From Poseidonia sp. (GTDB taxonomy: Archaea; Thermoplasmatota; Poseidoniia; Poseidoniales; Poseidoniaceae): a stretch of 64,000 bases of DNA. A model generated the notes under the pieces. That model had not been told where the DNA came from, did no database searches, and was given only the letters and a program-made list of their open reading frames with translations. The translations under genes and the position numbers were made by a program. How positions within the stretch are numbered: position 1 is the stretch's first letter; each line of letters starts with the position of its first letter. The stretch lies in NCBI GenBank assembly GCA_965661285.1, contig CBFIDD010000001.1, positions 32,001 to 96,000 on the forward strand, read 5' to 3'. This document shows, piece by piece, positions 19,500-28,830 of this stretch.

Positions 19500-20513
19500 A
19501 TGATGGACCAAAAGAACACACCGCAAAAAACCAACACCAGCCCTCGACCGTCGCTCCCCGGGCTCACACCCCACGACCATTCCCGACGCACGCTTGAAGG
19601 CCACACCCGCCCGTGCGAGGATTGCGGCGCGGTGAACTGGGACTTCGACATCTCACGCGGCGAAATCACCTGCGGAGATTGCGGCCTTGTGGCCGAGGAA
19701 AACGTGCCGGACCCGGGAGCTGAATGGACCAACCGGGACAACGGCGAAGATCGTTCCCGTGTGGGCCGACCCATGACCTACACGCTTGCGGACAAGGGGC
19801 TCAACACCACCATTGACGTGCGCGACCTGAACACTGGCATCGCTTCTCGACACGGCATGAGTTCTCAGGCCCGCCGCGACTGGCGCCGCCGCCGGGTCAT
19901 CGATGAACGCTCAAAGACTCGGAAGAGCCGAGAGCGCAATCTGGTGAAAGCGAACCAATTCATCAGGGACCGCTCCGGTCTTCCTGCACCGCTTCAAGAG
20001 GAAGCAGCCCGCCTTTACCGACGATTGTCGGGCGAAGGGTTCGTGACCGGCCGCTCCATCGCCGGTGTCACGGCAGCGTGCACGTACCTCGTCGCTCGCC
20101 AAGAAGGGCTCCCACGACAAATACCGGATATCGCCAATGCGTTTGACATCACGGAGAAGGACCTCTCTCGTTTGATTCGTCAAGTTTCACGACGCCTCAA
20201 CATGCACAAAATCACCTCTCCCGACGAGTACTTTGACAAATTCATGTCCGACCTCGGCCTTGAGCCAGGCATCCGAACGCCGCTTGATGAGTTGTGGGGG
20301 ATGATTCAGCCACACGACGATGTGTGGCAGGGCAAGAAACCGATGGGCGTTGCTGCTGCACTGATCTACAAAGCGGCTGCGAGCGCAGGAACACCCCGCA
20401 CCCAATCCGAGGTCTGTTCGGTGGCGAATGTGTCGGAAGTCACTCTCCGGGGATTGCTGCGTGTTATCGACGGGCTGTTGGACAAAATTCGCCACTACCA
20501 AAGCCTTCAGTGA
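19500..20513 (+). CDS. tfb: transcription initiation factor IIB (TFB) family protein
   Basis: Zn ribbon CEDCG...RGEITCGDCG, RSRVG...DKGL, ERNL, two cyclin repeats (GRSIAGVTAACTY; GKKPMGVAAALIY) and HTH TQSEVCSVANVSEVTLR. Confidence 0.92.
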   Translation: MMDQKNTPQKTNTSPRPSLPGLTPHDHSRRTLEGHTRPCEDCGAVNWDFDISRGEITCGDCGLVAEENVPDPGAEWTNRDNGEDRSRVGRPMTYTLADKGLNTTIDVRDLNTGIASRHGMSSQARRDWRRRRVIDERSKTRKSRERNLVKANQFIRDRSGLPAPLQEEAARLYRRLSGEGFVTGRSIAGVTAACTYLVARQEGLPRQIPDIANAFDITEKDLSRLIRQVSRRLNMHKITSPDEYFDKFMSDLGLEPGIRTPLDELWGMIQPHDDVWQGKKPMGVAAALIYKAAASAGTPRTQSEVCSVANVSEVTLRGLLRVIDGLLDKIRHYQSLQ

Positions 20514-20552
20514 TACGGTAACCTTCATGAACGGGTGCTACAAGCGCAAATC

Positions 20553-20828
20553 ATGGGATTCAAAGCAAAGGCGCGCAAGCACAAAAAGGACGCCGGCGAG
20601 GATCAGAAGAAAAGCGCCTCCAAAAAGAAGGAGGGCGAACTGCCCTGCGGTGTTCGAGACTGTGAGAACTTCGCCGACAAGTCGATGGGAGGACGCTCCC
20701 TCTCGGTCGATGACGCCATTGACATGTGGGGTTCAAACGGCTATGAAATGCGCAAGGGTCGGGTCCGGATCTGCAAGTCCTGCTACCGAAAGTGGAAGAA
20801 GGAAAACAAAAACGACGACATGTACTGA
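20553..20828 (+). CDS. small basic Zn-finger-like protein
   Basis: Lys-rich N-terminus with CGVRDC and CKSC pairs. Confidence 0.75.
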   Translation: MGFKAKARKHKKDAGEDQKKSASKKKEGELPCGVRDCENFADKSMGGRSLSVDDAIDMWGSNGYEMRKGRVRICKSCYRKWKKENKNDDMY

Positions 20829-20850
20829 TTTCACTTTCACTTTCCCTTCA
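20828..20850 (+). terminator. pyrimidine/T-rich tract (possible archaeal terminator)
   Basis: TTTCACTTTCACTTTCCCTTC immediately after the stop codon. Confidence 0.35.
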
Positions 20851-20895
20851 TGGGTGTGAAAAAGGAAGGTGTACCTCCAGCACGTCATCCGAACC

Positions 20896-21459
20896 ATGAA
20901 TCAACGAACAATTGTTCGAAGTCTTACCACAATCGACGGAACGCTGGTCGCCATGAGCGACGGGGCGGTGTCGTGGAAACCTCGGGGAGGACGTTCGACA
21001 CGGACCCAACTCGAGGGGCTCCCCACCGTCCTGTTGGCCCTGCGAGGACCGATGGGTCCCGTGGATGCTGCGGCCATCGGAACAGCGGATGGAAACGTCG
21101 TGGTCCTGACCCTCCCGCGACTCGAGACCGTGGCAAAATTCGGCCTCAATGCCGGAAGTATTCGCGCCTTAACCTTGGTTGATGAAGGCGACCTTCACTT
21201 CCTCGTCGGAACGCAACACGGTGCCGTGTGGTCGGCATGGGACGGGAGAGCGGAACGCTGCATCCATCAGTTCAGCATTGAAGGGCCGGTTTCAAGCCTC
21301 CACATCGAAGGCGACCGTGTTCATGTGCGAAGTGGCTGGATCCACCATGTTCGGGCGCTTGATGGAAGCATGCACGATGTGGAAAACACCGCTGCCTCCT
21401 ACCGTGTGAAACGCCAGAAGCGCCTCGGTCAAACTTACTTCATGCCCTATCCGGCCTAA
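20896..21459 (+). CDS. hypothetical protein with WD40-like beta repeats
   Basis: Repeated LVAMSDGAV / IGTADGNV / VGTQHGAV beta-hairpin patterns. Confidence 0.65.
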   Translation: MNQRTIVRSLTTIDGTLVAMSDGAVSWKPRGGRSTRTQLEGLPTVLLALRGPMGPVDAAAIGTADGNVVVLTLPRLETVAKFGLNAGSIRALTLVDEGDLHFLVGTQHGAVWSAWDGRAERCIHQFSIEGPVSSLHIEGDRVHVRSGWIHHVRALDGSMHDVENTAASYRVKRQKRLGQTYFMPYPA

Positions 21460-22217
21460 ACGGATTCCTGTTCCTCAAGGGGCCACGGCGTGCGTGGCGT
21501 GAGCCAGACGGCCGTGGGCGCCGGTCGGTCCCAGGACGCAGGCGGCTTGCCTTCGTTCTCGACCGCTTGCTCAAAGAATTCGAGATGTCGATTCAGGACA
21601 TCCTCCACATGTTCCTTCCCCCGAATGGCCGGACCTTGAAGCGGCACAATGGACGAGAGGTTCATCCGTTTGATTTTCGTCATGCTGGTGATGATGTCCT
21701 TCAGAGAACCGCCCGGCAAATCCCAACGAGTGGGCCGGTCGGCTCGTGGAAGCAATGCACCCACCACAAGGGTCGAGAGGTGCGGAAGATGGAACCCCAT
21801 CCCTTCACTCGTATGTCCCGGCAGGTGGACGGGGACCACCTTACCGTCGCCCATGGGAAAAACATCCTCCTCGCAGAGGGGTTCCGTGGAGGTGCGCGGC
21901 ATGTCGGAATCGTAGCGATTGGCCCATGTCGTGAAAAAATCCCCGGTTTCCAATGCGGCTTGACCGTCGCTGTGAATGTGGACGGGAATGTCTCCAAAGG
22001 CCTTCGAAAGATGTGCCGAACCTCCTGAAACAGGAAAACGGCGAGAGGTGAGCAGAATACGGTCCAAGCGAGCATCGTTCAGTTGACCGGTGATGCGTTC
22101 GACTTGGAGGGCTTGGTACCACGACGTCCCCGCATTGATGAGCAAATGGCCCAACGAACCGGAGATGAGCACGACGTTGCCGTCATGATGGATGCCGGGC
22201 AACCTCACGACCTTCAT
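21456..22217 (-). CDS. metallo-beta-lactamase-fold protein with degenerate metal site
   Basis: MBL layout (LLINAG, ILLTSRRFPVSGG, LPGHTSEG, LVVGALL, R.DLPGGS), but HxHxDH is absent. Confidence 0.75.
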   Translation of the reverse strand: MKVVRLPGIHHDGNVVLISGSLGHLLINAGTSWYQALQVERITGQLNDARLDRILLTSRRFPVSGGSAHLSKAFGDIPVHIHSDGQAALETGDFFTTWANRYDSDMPRTSTEPLCEEDVFPMGDGKVVPVHLPGHTSEGMGFHLPHLSTLVVGALLPRADRPTRWDLPGGSLKDIITSMTKIKRMNLSSIVPLQGPAIRGKEHVEDVLNRHLEFFEQAVENEGKPPASWDRPAPTAVWLTPRTPWPLEEQESV

Positions 22218-22268
22218 GCCGTTGCCATCACTCGGCCCACCTTGAACATACCCAAACCGGGTGGTTGC

Positions 22269-22278
22269 GGTTAAATAG
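22269..22278 (+). promoter_or_regulatory. putative TATA box of rpl40e (leaderless spacing)
   Basis: GGTTAAATAG about 25 nt upstream of ATG 22299. Confidence 0.45.
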
Positions 22279-22298
22279 GGGGATTCGGTCGCCCCACC

Positions 22299-22448
22299 AT
22301 GGCACGATTCCCGGAAGCAGAAGCCCGTTTGCTTCACCGCAAAATTTGCATGCGTTGCAATGCACGCAACGCCGTTCGTGCCGTTCGCTGCCGAAAGTGC
22401 AGCTACAAGGGACTTCGTCCCAAGAACGTTGAGCGCAAGGGCAACTGA
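22299..22448 (+). CDS. rpl40e: 50S ribosomal protein L40e (not in the ORF track)
   Basis: [49 protein letters not shown] matches archaeal L40e. Confidence 0.96.
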   Translation: MARFPEAEARLLHRKICMRCNARNAVRAVRCRKCSYKGLRPKNVERKGN

Positions 22449-22453
22449 GCGCT

Positions 22454-23449
22454 TCACCCAATCCACTGCATCAAGAGGGTTGTTGGATCACCCAAGAGGA
22501 CGAGCGGAAGCACGGCCGGGAACAAGAACACCAGCAACGGCATTTTGTGGCTGACCCAAACCCTGTCAACTCCGAGGGCCTCCAACCGCTCGAGATGGTT
22601 GGCCAACTCCTCTGTCGAGGGCGTTTTCCGCGGTGCGCGGGTGGCGTGAACCACGCACTCCTCGCCACTGGGCATGACCATCGTATCGGTCAGCAACCAA
22701 ACATGGCGATGGGGGACGTCGGATACGGCGAGCATCGAGGCGTGCCACGCTAAACGAAGGTCGCCCAAACCTCGTATGTCGCCTCGCTTGAGGTTGAGAA
22801 CCAGCATGATGACGGGGATGAGCAAGAACGCTAAACCGCCCCAGATCAACAAGGCGACGCTGACCGGGAGGGCAACCACCGAGCCATCAGCCATGCTGCT
22901 GAATGGAAGTGGAACCGAGGCCCATGTCGGGAACACGAGGGTGACCCACATCAACGCCTTGGCATCGGCGCCACCGTGCAGGAGACGAAGACGCCAAGCC
23001 ATGTCAATGAACAATATCACCAACAGAAGTGCGGCGGTCCTCCACCACAGCATACCAAGGGCCTCGCCATCGTCCAAGAGCACCTCCATCGGTGTTGTCG
23101 CTTGGTATTGAACGGCTCCAGCCACCAGGCCGACCAAACTCGCAGCGTACCACAACAGAAACGCCCGATCCATCCACGAACCGTTGAGGGCATCGTTGAA
23201 GGTTGGTCGACCAAACACCGATGCGCTGGCGTAGGCAATCACCGCTGAAGCCGTTGCGTAAATCGTCCAGTCTGCACCTTGGACCATCAAGTCCAGTGCC
23301 CAAATGAAAATGGCGGGCTTGGCCCATACGACCCAGTGCTCGTTGACCACTCGGCGGGTTTTGTGGTCCATCCAAGCAGCCCAACCCATGCCGAGGAGAA
23401 GCACAGCAACCCGTGTCCATCCCAAGATGGCCTCGTTGGTCGCCTGCAT
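22454..23449 (-). CDS. flaK: A24 family prepilin/preflagellin peptidase (FlaK/PibD-like)
   Basis: AAWMDHKTRRV and GGADAKAL carry the two catalytic Asp; the C-terminal VWVSHKMPLLVFL is typical of archaeal PibD/FlaK. Confidence 0.85.
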   Translation of the reverse strand: MQATNEAILGWTRVAVLLLGMGWAAWMDHKTRRVVNEHWVVWAKPAIFIWALDLMVQGADWTIYATASAVIAYASASVFGRPTFNDALNGSWMDRAFLLWYAASLVGLVAGAVQYQATTPMEVLLDDGEALGMLWWRTAALLLVILFIDMAWRLRLLHGGADAKALMWVTLVFPTWASVPLPFSSMADGSVVALPVSVALLIWGGLAFLLIPVIMLVLNLKRGDIRGLGDLRLAWHASMLAVSDVPHRHVWLLTDTMVMPSGEECVVHATRAPRKTPSTEELANHLERLEALGVDRVWVSHKMPLLVFLFPAVLPLVLLGDPTTLLMQWIG

Positions 23450-23514
23450 AGCCGAACCACGGCGGCCATCACCTTAAAGACGGCCACCAACGAGGAACCG
23501 ATGCGTGCAACAAG

Positions 23515-23790
23515 GTGAACGACATGAACATCGAAGAACGATTGGAACAAGTTGCCTCGGTCATCAACCAAATTGACGACCCGAAAGTCCCCCGGAACAT
23601 CCGTCGTCAGGCGAAGGAAGCCTGCGACAACTGGCTGCTCAACAAAGGCCGACAACTCGACGTGCGGATCGCCATGGCGCAATCAAAGCTCGAGGAGTTG
23701 TACGAAGACCCGAACATCCCACCCGAATTTGGAACGCTGATTTTGACCATCAACACCGAACTCGAGCGCATCCTCACCGAAGTGCTTTGA
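23515..23790 (+). CDS. UPF0147 family protein
   Basis: QIDDPKVPRNIRRQAKEA and LEELYEDPNIP motifs. Confidence 0.85.
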   Translation: MNDMNIEERLEQVASVINQIDDPKVPRNIRRQAKEACDNWLLNKGRQLDVRIAMAQSKLEELYEDPNIPPEFGTLILTINTELERILTEVL

Positions 23791-23791
23791 A

Positions 23792-25225
23792 TCACTCTTC
23801 TTCGTCATCGCCGAGAGCAAAGACAAGGCGACCGAGCAATAAACGCTCTTTGACGCTCAATTTCCCTTCCGTGACGATCGCCTCAAATTGTGCATCCCAC
23901 CTCTTCGGGTCCTGCATGTGGTCAATACCGATGCGGATGAGGGCGATCTGGTCGAGGCTCAAGCGTCCTCTTCGCAGAGCGTATTCTGCGGCAATGCGTG
24001 CTGAGATCAACTTCACCTGGTCGTCGGTGTAGCCAAGGACGTTTTGCAGTTCATCCAACATTCGCTCCTCATAGGCCGTGATGCGTCCGTCCTTGATGGC
24101 CTCGCGCCACGCTTCTTCAAGCGTGGGCGCCCGTTCTGAGAGGATGATGGCCAGCGGCCGGGTGGCGTCAATGTTTTCGAGAACGATTTTCAAAATCACC
24201 ACCAGTGGGATGGACAAAATCATGCCAATGATGCCCCACACCCAGAAGGAAAAGGCCGTGACGACCAACAACAGGACGGGTGAGATGTCAAGCGCACGAC
24301 CTGCCCACCGTGTCTCAATGATATTCCCCCACAGTTGCTGATTGGTCAACAAGAGTGTTGTGAGCAGAAGCAAGAGCGCCGGGTCGAGAAGAATGAACCC
24401 AAGGACGATGGGAGGAATGGTGGCCAAGAGGGAACCGATGTAGGGCACGTAATTCAAGAGGAACGTGAGCAGGGCCCACGTGAACCAGAGGTCAATACCA
24501 AACACGAGCATGACCAAACCGGCACAAACGCCCGTACCAAATCCAACACCCGTTTTGACGACAACATAGGTATTCACACTGGCTTCGATTTGATCTCGAA
24601 TCATGCTGACGCGCTCGCTGGCTCCACCGGGAAAAGCACGTTCAATTCGTCCCGGAAGTAAACTGGCTTCGAAAATGATGAAGAGCAAGAAAAAGAGAAC
24701 CGTGATGCCGGTGATGAAAAACATCCCCACGCTTGACAGCAGGTTGTTCATCGCCGTCGAGACACCGGAGCCCTCCTCGAGAAGCCCCATGCTCGCCAGG
24801 TCTTCATCGAGGGTTCCATCAACCGTCGCCCCCGAATCAAGAATCGACTGACCGACCAGCGGCATCTCCTTGAGGTCCGACCATCGTTTGTTGAGAAGTT
24901 CCGTGTACTCGTCCATACGCTCCTCGTCCGAGAGGAAGGTGTCGGCTTGTTGATAGGCAAAGAATCCTGCACTCAACACAATCAAAATAGCCAGCAAGAG
25001 CATCGTGATGTACGAGAGCATGATGGGAAAGCCCTTGCGTGAGAGGGCGTCTGCACCGGGTTTGAGCACGAAGTAGATACCGAGCGCGATGAACAATGGC
25101 TGGAGGACGTCAACAAGTTGTATCAGCCAAACAGTGAGTAAGGTCATGATGACGGCAGCGTGGGAAAAAACAGCCAAACGATGTCGAAACTGGGGTCCCG
25201 ACCATGCTGACGTAGCCGTCTCCAT
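23792..25225 (-). CDS. AI-2E family transporter with C-terminal soluble extension
   Basis: LNYVPYIGS, QQLWGNIIE and WGIIGMILSIPL motifs, plus about 110 aa of extra helical tail. Confidence 0.9.
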   Translation of the reverse strand: METATSAWSGPQFRHRLAVFSHAAVIMTLLTVWLIQLVDVLQPLFIALGIYFVLKPGADALSRKGFPIMLSYITMLLLAILIVLSAGFFAYQQADTFLSDEERMDEYTELLNKRWSDLKEMPLVGQSILDSGATVDGTLDEDLASMGLLEEGSGVSTAMNNLLSSVGMFFITGITVLFFLLFIIFEASLLPGRIERAFPGGASERVSMIRDQIEASVNTYVVVKTGVGFGTGVCAGLVMLVFGIDLWFTWALLTFLLNYVPYIGSLLATIPPIVLGFILLDPALLLLLTTLLLTNQQLWGNIIETRWAGRALDISPVLLLVVTAFSFWVWGIIGMILSIPLVVILKIVLENIDATRPLAIILSERAPTLEEAWREAIKDGRITAYEERMLDELQNVLGYTDDQVKLISARIAAEYALRRGRLSLDQIALIRIGIDHMQDPKRWDAQFEAIVTEGKLSVKERLLLGRLVFALGDDEEE

Positions 25226-25278
25226 AAGGTCGTGCTGAAGTCTTCTGGTCTTCAAGACATCTCATCGGAAAAAAGGCG

Positions 25279-26610
25279 TTATTCTGCCTCGTCGAGAACG
25301 CCCAGATTTGGAATACGAAGGGTCAAGAAACCGCAGATAAGCATCAACACCCCGCACAAGTGGAACGCCGTGTGATAGTCAAACGGATAGGTCCCGTTGA
25401 CCGTCAGCTCCCATGCAAAGCCCCCCGAGAGCGGGCCTATGATGCGAGCGAACGCACCGAGGGACTCCTGCGCACCCATCACGGCTCCCAAATCAAAATC
25501 TTCTTTTCTGGCAAGTCGTGTCAAGTACGTGCTTGATGAGGGTTGAAAGACACCGTTGCCAATCGCAATGCAGGACAGGACCACCAACAATTGGAGCCAT
25601 ACCAGATTGGTCTGCGTGTACGGAATGAGCACCAAACCCGTTCCTGTAAGCCCAATGGACATCGGAATGAGACGACGGGTGCCAAACTTCCTGGTCAGCG
25701 GCCCGATGAGCACGCCTTGCGTAAGAATGCCCAGAAGGCCAATCATAGCGAACATCCGTCCGTTATCCTGTTCAGAAAAGCCCAGTCCACCCGATGCCGG
25801 GTCCATCTCCGTGTAGAGGATGAAGACCGCATGCATGACGGTGAACCCGAGCATGAACAGCATGGTGACCCAAATCATAGCACCAACCGTGGCCGTCCTG
25901 AGCATGGAGATCGAATCGCCAGCCATGCGTGCCATCCGGCCGCCCCAAGAAAGCGTGGGCGCCTCTCGAACAGCATCCAAATCAACGGATTCTGGGAGTT
26001 TGAAATATGCCAGCACCAACGAAGCGGCAGAAAGCAGGCTCGCAATCACGCATGGAAGAAGATAGGGATAGGTTTCAAACACGGTGCCTACAAACACATC
26101 CCAACGCTCTGCGGGACTGGAAAACTCTCCGCCGATAAACGGACCGATGGTGAAACCCAGGCCGAAAGCTGCACCGATGAGGCCCATGCGCGTCGCCAAT
26201 TGTTTCGGTGTGCTGACGTCCCCGATATAGGCTCGAGCGACGGCGATGTTGCCGTTGAAAATACCAGCGAAAAATCGCATGGAAAGCGCGAAGAGAAGGG
26301 TGGATGACAATCCAAACGCGGTGAAAAAGACGGTGTTGCCAACCAGCCCAATCATGAGGACTGGGCGTCGCCCGATGCGGTCAGAGAGCGAACCCCAAAA
26401 GGGAGAGGAGAGGAACTGTGCCGTCGAATAGGCCGTCATCAAAAGCCCGACCCAAAGGCCGATGCGGACGACGCCCTGCTCAGCAGCGAGGTCTTGAACG
26501 AGATAGGTGAGAAATGGAATGATAATTCCAAATCCGATCATATCAATCATCGTGACCAAAAAGAGGGCCAAAAGAGCCCCTTTTCCAGCATCTTGAGATG
26601 TTGATGACAT
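25279..26610 (-). CDS. MFS transporter (TetA/DHA1-like)
   Basis: IDMIGFGIIIP, WGSLSDRIGRRPVL and AAFGLGFTIGPFIGG motifs. Confidence 0.92.
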   Translation of the reverse strand: MSSTSQDAGKGALLALFLVTMIDMIGFGIIIPFLTYLVQDLAAEQGVVRIGLWVGLLMTAYSTAQFLSSPFWGSLSDRIGRRPVLMIGLVGNTVFFTAFGLSSTLLFALSMRFFAGIFNGNIAVARAYIGDVSTPKQLATRMGLIGAAFGLGFTIGPFIGGEFSSPAERWDVFVGTVFETYPYLLPCVIASLLSAASLVLAYFKLPESVDLDAVREAPTLSWGGRMARMAGDSISMLRTATVGAMIWVTMLFMLGFTVMHAVFILYTEMDPASGGLGFSEQDNGRMFAMIGLLGILTQGVLIGPLTRKFGTRRLIPMSIGLTGTGLVLIPYTQTNLVWLQLLVVLSCIAIGNGVFQPSSSTYLTRLARKEDFDLGAVMGAQESLGAFARIIGPLSGGFAWELTVNGTYPFDYHTAFHLCGVLMLICGFLTLRIPNLGVLDEAE

Positions 26611-26681
26611 GATGACTAACTCTACCCTATCGCTCTTCACTTTTCTATGCCACCCCAATATTCCCACGTTGGGAGGGATTT

Positions 26682-28754
26682 TCAGACCAAGGAGATCTTG
26701 CTCTGGACTTCTGGCGTGAGCCGGTCGATAACGGCCTCAAGGCGCTCAACGAGGCTGGCTTTTTGCTCGTGTTTGATCAAAGCAAACTGCATCACCTCGT
26801 CCAACGTGTCAACAGCAACGACCTCCACCATGTTCTCAAATCGGTCGTCAAGGAGAACATCCTGCATGTTGGCCCGTGGAACAACAATGGTTTTCACGCC
26901 CGAGCGTGCGGCGGCTTCAATTTTTGCTGTGACACCGCCGATAGGCAGCACTTCGCCTCGGACCGAGAGAGAACCCGTCATGGCCAAATCTTGGCGGATA
27001 GGGATGTTTTCGAGCGCCGAGATGATGGCTGTTGCAATGGTGATGGAAGCCGAATCGCCGTCGACACCGTGTGTATCGACGAATTGAATGTGGATGTCGT
27101 AGTCCGAGATGTCCTTCCCGGTGAGTTTCTTGATGACAGCACTGACGTTGGTCACGCTTTCTTTCGCAAGGTCGGACAAGCCGCCCGTAGCGTGAATCTT
27201 CCCGCCACCTCCTTGAGAGGGCGTCACGAGGGCCTCGACCGGCAACATGATGCCGCTAAAGTCCGAAAGACCGGAGTTGGCGCCCAAAACAGCCAGACCG
27301 TTCACCCGGCCGACGCGTTCACCGCTGTTGACGAGCATGGCGTAGTCTTGGCGGCGCTCAATCATTCGGTCGGCCACCTGTTGTTCAAGCGGTTTAGCGA
27401 TGTTGCGAGCACCGAGGACATGTTCGGCCGACGTGAAGGGTGCACCGGCCTCAACGGCCAGGTCACCCGCAATTCGAACCAATCCGCCAAGCTCTCGAAG
27501 GCGAAGCGAGAGTTTTCCTCGCCGCCCGGCTCGTCGTTGGGCTTCTCGCAGGATGATGGCGACAGCGCTTTTGTCGAAGTGCGGGATTTCACGAACGGTG
27601 TCTTGGTCGCGCAGAACTTCCTGAGCGATGAACCGGATGAGGCGGCGGCGGTTCCGGGAGGTGTCCGGCATCTCCGAGTTGACGTAAACTTCGTATCCAT
27701 AGCCGCGGATACGGCTGCGCAACGCCGGGTGCATCCCCTGAATAGCGTCAAGATTTCCTGCAGCGATGAGAATGAAGTCGCACGGAACGGCTTCGGTCTT
27801 GGTCAAGGCGCCGGAGGAACGCTCTGAGCGTCCTGAAATGGGGAAGGCACGGTCTTGCATGGCGGTGAGGAGGGCTTGTTGTTCCTCAAGCCGTAGAAGA
27901 TTGATTTCGTCAATGTAGAGAACACCCTTGTGGGCTCGGTGAATAGCGCCGGGTTCGACACGGTCGTGAGCCGGTGTTTCCATGCCACCGGACTGGAACG
28001 GGTCGTGCCGTACATCGCCCAAGAGCGACCCGGAAAGGGTCGCCGTGGCATCGACAAAGGGAGGCAGTTCGTTCAAATCATGTTTGACGAGCACCTTCGG
28101 AATTCGGCTTTCATCGGCGGCGCCGAGGCGACTGCGAATGAACATGTAGCCGAAGACGAGCAAAAAGCCGCCGAAGAGCAAGGTGAACAAATCGCCAGAC
28201 TGTAGGGCAGCGATGAGCAAGAGGAAGCCGATGGCTGCAAAGGCGATGAAAAGCATACGCTGCGATTTCTCACGTTGCTGGCGGATGGCTTCTTTCTGAA
28301 CCTTCACGATGCGTTCTGCCCGACCGGCAGGAACGGTTCGAACCCGAGGCACGTTTTCGTCGTCCTCGTTGGGATAGACCAACACGTCTTCAAGGGCATC
28401 CTTGGGAAGCAGGTCGCTCATCGACTTGGCCAACATCGATTTCCCGGTGCCCGGGTCGCCGATCATCAGCATGTGACGGCGCTGCTCAGCGGCTTTTTTG
28501 ATGACCACAGAACCGGCTTCCTGGCCAATAACTTGGTCGACCAATCGTTCTGGGATGGGGACATCGGCCGTGGATTCAAAATCAACGTCTGCAATCCATT
28601 CTTCCACCGATGCTGTGACGATTTCGTCAGCACCGGTCGGTTCGGGGGACCAAATGGTTGCCATTTCGTCGTGCTCGACCTCGGCGCCTTCTTGAGTGTC
28701 CAGAGGAACCTCCTCTGAATCCTCAACAGGAATCTCACCGCTGTCTTCGGCCAC
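26682..28754 (-). CDS. lonB: archaeal membrane-bound ATP-dependent protease LonB
   Basis: DQVIGQE, Walker A GDPGTGKS, two TM insertions, LYIDEI, DGDSASI (catalytic Ser) and GGVTAK (Lys). The GTG start is preceded by GAGGAGAGG. Confidence 0.96.
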   Translation of the reverse strand: MAEDSGEIPVEDSEEVPLDTQEGAEVEHDEMATIWSPEPTGADEIVTASVEEWIADVDFESTADVPIPERLVDQVIGQEAGSVVIKKAAEQRRHMLMIGDPGTGKSMLAKSMSDLLPKDALEDVLVYPNEDDENVPRVRTVPAGRAERIVKVQKEAIRQQREKSQRMLFIAFAAIGFLLLIAALQSGDLFTLLFGGFLLVFGYMFIRSRLGAADESRIPKVLVKHDLNELPPFVDATATLSGSLLGDVRHDPFQSGGMETPAHDRVEPGAIHRAHKGVLYIDEINLLRLEEQQALLTAMQDRAFPISGRSERSSGALTKTEAVPCDFILIAAGNLDAIQGMHPALRSRIRGYGYEVYVNSEMPDTSRNRRRLIRFIAQEVLRDQDTVREIPHFDKSAVAIILREAQRRAGRRGKLSLRLRELGGLVRIAGDLAVEAGAPFTSAEHVLGARNIAKPLEQQVADRMIERRQDYAMLVNSGERVGRVNGLAVLGANSGLSDFSGIMLPVEALVTPSQGGGGKIHATGGLSDLAKESVTNVSAVIKKLTGKDISDYDIHIQFVDTHGVDGDSASITIATAIISALENIPIRQDLAMTGSLSVRGEVLPIGGVTAKIEAAARSGVKTIVVPRANMQDVLLDDRFENMVEVVAVDTLDEVMQFALIKHEQKASLVERLEAVIDRLTPEVQSKISLV

Positions 28755-28830
28755 GCCTCTTCCTCTCCTCACTCCCCTTTAGGGGTATGCTTTTGTCATA
28801 ACCCCCGGCAAGGGGGAATAAATCTTGCAT

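Noticed and set aside
22218-22466. N-terminal extension of the MBL ORF
   Set aside because: Antisense to rpl40e; the MBL fold begins at 22217.
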